From contig OY970192.1 in assembly GCA_963708135.1 (NCBI GenBank), positions 5,248,001 through 5,312,000 on the forward strand: 64,000 nucleotides of DNA, written 5' to 3'. The notes beneath the pieces are model-generated. The model was not told the DNA's origin and did no database searches. It was given only the letters and a program-made list of their open reading frames with translations. Positions 61,135-64,000 of this stretch are shown piece after piece. This DNA is from an uncultured Gemmatimonadales bacterium (GTDB lineage Bacteria > Gemmatimonadota > Gemmatimonadetes > Longimicrobiales > RSA9). The first letter of the stretch is position 1. Each line of letters starts with the position of its first letter. The translations under genes and the position numbers were made by a program.

Positions 61135-61497
61135 CTACTCGGCTGCGCCCAGCGCCGAGCTGATCCGCTCCTCCAGCCGGTCGAGGTCCCAGCCCGCCTG
61201 CTGCCGCACGATGTTGCGCAGCACCGGGTCGAGGCCCTCGATCGTGTCCAGGATGTCGCCCAGCAGCTGCCTCTGCTCGACCGCGCCCGTCATGGCCCCC
61301 TCGCCCTCCACCATGTCGCGCAGGATGGCGCCATCGGAGCGGGAGGCGACGAGCGGCCCGTCCACGCCCTCGACGTAGACGAACGTGCGCCGCCCCGGGC
61401 CGCGTTCATCCTCGATCGGCTGCAGCCCGACGATCCTGTCGGAGCGGAAGTACTTCCCGTATCCCAGCGCCACGATCCGACCGGCGGCCACCTTCAT
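61135..61497 (-). CDS. Hypothetical protein
   Basis: RBS GAGGAGG, GC3-biased codons; N-terminus IVALGYGKYFRSDRIVGL. Confidence 0.75.
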   Translation of the reverse strand: MKVAAGRIVALGYGKYFRSDRIVGLQPIEDERGPGRRTFVYVEGVDGPLVASRSDGAILRDMVEGEGAMTGAVEQRQLLGDILDTIEGLDPVLRNIVRQQAGWDLDRLEERISSALGAAE

Positions 61498-61654
61498 CGT
61501 CCCCTCCTCGTCCGGTGTCGCGCCGTCCCGCGGCGCATCCGACAACCCTCGGCGCGGAGGTCCGGCGTGTCAATGAGGCTCCGGCGGCTGCTCCTCGACC
61601 AGCGCCCGCAGCCCGGCCGATCGCCGTCTCCCACTGGAGCGCCGCCGGTAGCGC

Positions 61655-62428
61655 CTATGTCCGCGAGAACAGGGCGAAGCGGCCGCCCTGCGGGTCCTTG
61701 CAGGCGCCGATGCGGCCGCCGCCCGGGACCTCCATCGGGCCGTGGATCACGGTTCCGCCCGCCCTCCGGACGCGCTCCAGCGCGGCGTCGAGGTCCTCGA
61801 CGTTCACGTAGTAGAGCCAGTAGGGCGGGGTGGTCATGGCGTCCGGCTCGAACATCGCGCCCGTGGCCACGTCCTCGGGCTCGTCGGCGGAGCGGAACGT
61901 GAGGTAGGGTCCCGCCTCGCCCATGTCGATCGTGCCCGCGTGCTGCCAGCCGAACAGCTCGGAGTAGAACGCCCAGGCGCTCTCCCGGCCCGTGGTGTGC
62001 AGCTCGTGCCAGCCCACGAAGCCCGCCTTCGTCCGGTCGAAGCCCGGCGCTTCGTTCAGGCGCTGGAGCAGCGCGATGACCGCTCCCTGCGGGTCGGCGA
62101 TCACGGCGAAGCGGCCCACCTCCGGGATGTCGGTGCCCGGCACCAGGACCGTGCCGCCCAGCTCCTGCGCGTGCCCGGTCGCCCTGTCAGCATCATCGAC
62201 GGCGACGAACCCCGCCCAGCGCGGCGGCACCCCGGCGCGGGCCTCCTCCTCGGGCAGCGGGCCGATCCCGCCGATCGTCGTCTCGCCCACCGTCCACATG
62301 ACGTACGGCTGCTCGCCGCCGCTCCACTCCTGCGTCCCCCAGCCCGTGACCTCGGTGTAGAAGGACCGCGCCGCCTCCCGGTCGGTGGTCCAGAGGTCGT
62401 ACCACACGAAGCGTCCCTTGCCGGCCAT
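61655..62428 (-). CDS. VOC/glyoxalase family protein, two domains
   Basis: FVWYDL..FYTEVTGW, GRFAVIADPQGA, WHEL, DPQGGRFAL; RBS AAGGAGG. Confidence 0.93.
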   Translation of the reverse strand: MAGKGRFVWYDLWTTDREAARSFYTEVTGWGTQEWSGGEQPYVMWTVGETTIGGIGPLPEEEARAGVPPRWAGFVAVDDADRATGHAQELGGTVLVPGTDIPEVGRFAVIADPQGAVIALLQRLNEAPGFDRTKAGFVGWHELHTTGRESAWAFYSELFGWQHAGTIDMGEAGPYLTFRSADEPEDVATGAMFEPDAMTTPPYWLYYVNVEDLDAALERVRRAGGTVIHGPMEVPGGGRIGACKDPQGGRFALFSRT

Positions 62429-62563
62429 GCTGCCCTCCTTCGTATCGGGATCGAGGCGGTCTCTGTGCACGCCTCCATCCATACGTCGAACGAGCCCGGC
62501 CGGCATCGACACGCCCTCCCCGATCCGCCGCCAGTCGCCGGGCGCAGCGCGCAACAGGCACGC

Positions 62564-63454
62564 TCAGCCGCCCGGACCCTGCTCCTGCGGCCCGCATGCC
62601 AGCGCCGCGACCTGCCGCTCCCACTCGCCTTCGTCGCGCGCCTTGCGCGCCCGGAAGTTGATGCCGAGCGTGCCGAACTCCGCCGCGCTCGACGCCTGCG
62701 GCGCGCCGGCGAACACGTCCGCCCGCCAGGTGATCTCGAATCCCGTGAATCCCGCGGCCACGACCGTGGCCTGGAGCTCCGCTTCCAGCAGAGCGCCCGC
62801 GATTCACCCCTTCCACAGATCGATGTCGCGGCGGGCGCCCTCGCCCACCGGCTTCTGCACCAGGATGTCCGCCAGCTGGAGGCGCCCGCCCGGCCGGAGC
62901 ACGCGCGCCATCTCGCCCAGCCCCGCCAGCTTGTCCGGAAACAGGTTCAGCACCCCGTTCGAGATCACGACGTCCGCCCATCCGTCCGGCACCGGCAGCG
63001 ACTCGGCCAGCCCTTCCCGGAACTCGACGTGCGAGGCACCCATCCTGGCCGCCGCCGCCCGTGCCTTCGTCAACATCGCCGGCGTCATGTCCACCCCGAT
63101 CACCCGCCCCTCGGGACCCACCATCTTCCCCGCGATCAGACTGTCGATGCCCGCGCCCGCCCCGACGTCCACCACCCGCTCGCCCCGACCCGGTGGGCCG
63201 AGGCTGAACGGATTCCCCGTCCCCGCGAACGACGCGATCGACTCCTCCGGCACTCCCTCGAGCCAGGCTTCCTCGTAGCGGAGGAGCCGCGCCAGCGGCC
63301 GCCCAGTGTGGAAGTGGAAGCCCCGCTCTGGATCCGCCGCCACCGTCGCGTACTCCTCCTGGATCGCCTCCCGCAGCCGCTCGACGTCGAGGCCCTCCGT
63401 CGGCCGCGCGACGTGGGGCAGCGTCTGCGCCGGAGCACGTCCCCTTCCTGCCAT
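62564..63454 (-). CDS. ArsM-like SAM-dependent methyltransferase, probable selenoprotein (in-frame TGA at 62804-62806)
   Basis: GNP..GERVVDVGAGAGID, VIGVDMT, DVVISNGVLNL; WKG-TGA-IAGALLE continues in frame for 79 more residues; SECIS-like hairpin follows the TGA. Confidence 0.85.
62776..62794 (-). promoter_or_regulatory. Candidate bacterial SECIS element
   Basis: GCTCTGCT-GGA-AGCGGAGC 8-bp stem starting 9 nt after the UGA, with G in the loop at +18. Confidence 0.65.
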
Positions 63455-63508
63455 CTCGACCTCCCGGATCCTGGCGTGGTCGGGCCCCCTCCCCGGCGGA
63501 GCGGCCCC

Positions 63509-63552
63509 TTGACGCCGGTGGTTGTTCCGCTACTCTATGGAGCATTGGAATA
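63509..63552 (+). promoter_or_regulatory. Promoter and imperfect palindromic operator of the ArsR-rhodanese gene
   Basis: TTGACG-16-TACTCT; TACTCTA-N8-TGGAATA overlapping the -10. Confidence 0.55.
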
Positions 63553-63568
63553 CGACGCAAGGGACGAC

Positions 63569-64000
63569 ATGGGACACCGCGAGCTCAAGGATCCGCTCTA
63601 TCAGCAGTTCGCCCGCATCGGCGACGCCCTCGGCAGCCCTCGCCGCATCGAGCTCCTCGACCTGCTGGCGCAGGGCGAGAAGACCGTCGAGCGGCTGGCG
63701 GAGCAGGCGGCGATGCCGGTGAAGAACACCAGCGCGCACCTGCGCGTGCTGCGGCAGGCACGCCTCGTCGAGACGCGGCGGAACGGCACGTTCGTCCACT
63801 ACCGCCTTGCCGGCGACGACGTCTTCGACCTGCTCCGCGCGCTCCAGATCGCGGCCCGGAACCGTCTCGCCGAGGTGGAGCAGGTCACGAACCTGTACCT
63901 GACGCGCCGCGACGCGCTCGAGCCGGTCACGGGCGAGGAGCTGCGTCGCCTGGTGCGGGAGGGTGGCGTGACGGTCCTGGATGCGCGCCCGCGTGAGGAA
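63569..64000 (+). CDS. ArsR/SmtB regulator fused to a rhodanese domain (3' partial; absent from the ORF track)
   Basis: MGHRELKDPLYQQFARIGDALGSPRRIELLDLLAQGEKTVERLA..NTSAHLRVLRQARLVETRR..HYRLA...VTVLDARPREE. Confidence 0.92.
   Translation, partial: MGHRELKDPLYQQFARIGDALGSPRRIELLDLLAQGEKTVERLAEQAAMPVKNTSAHLRVLRQARLVETRRNGTFVHYRLAGDDVFDLLRALQIAARNRLAEVEQVTNLYLTRRDALEPVTGEELRRLVREGGVTVLDARPREE

Noticed and set aside
62804..63454. 216-aa truncated methyltransferase or pseudogene, as in the ORF track
   Set aside because: The stop is a TGA at a conserved Cys position with in-frame continuation and a SECIS-like hairpin, so read-through explains it better

Overview
A very GC-rich bacterial chromosomal window; the gene content (ADOP permease/PadR, MoxR-VWA-DUF4159 operon, GlnRS-YqeY) suggests Gemmatimonadota or a similar lineage, which is an inference. 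It holds about 48 CDS, including housekeeping genes (gltX, glnS, tRNA-Asn), NHEJ (ligD/ku), two-component systems, several amidases/oxidoreductases, an 8-gene MoxR/VWA operon and a Fic gene with a decayed paralogous fragment. The best findings are: (1) an ArsM-like methyltransferase that the ORF track splits in two, but whose in-frame UGA sits exactly at the conserved Cys of the W-x-G-C-I-A-G-A-L motif and is followed by a SECIS-like hairpin, making it a probable selenoprotein that has lost the other ArsM cysteines, divergent from an ArsR-rhodanese regulator; (2) a ~290-nt multi-hairpin non-coding RNA candidate with a near-consensus sigma70 promoter and its own terminator, next to a dif-like palindrome and a DnaA-box-like cluster; (3) a four-helix-bundle gene enclosed by long inverted repeats; (4) pervasive G-rich short tandem repeats, some of which have entered coding sequences. 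All family assignments come from recognising motifs by eye; no searches were run.
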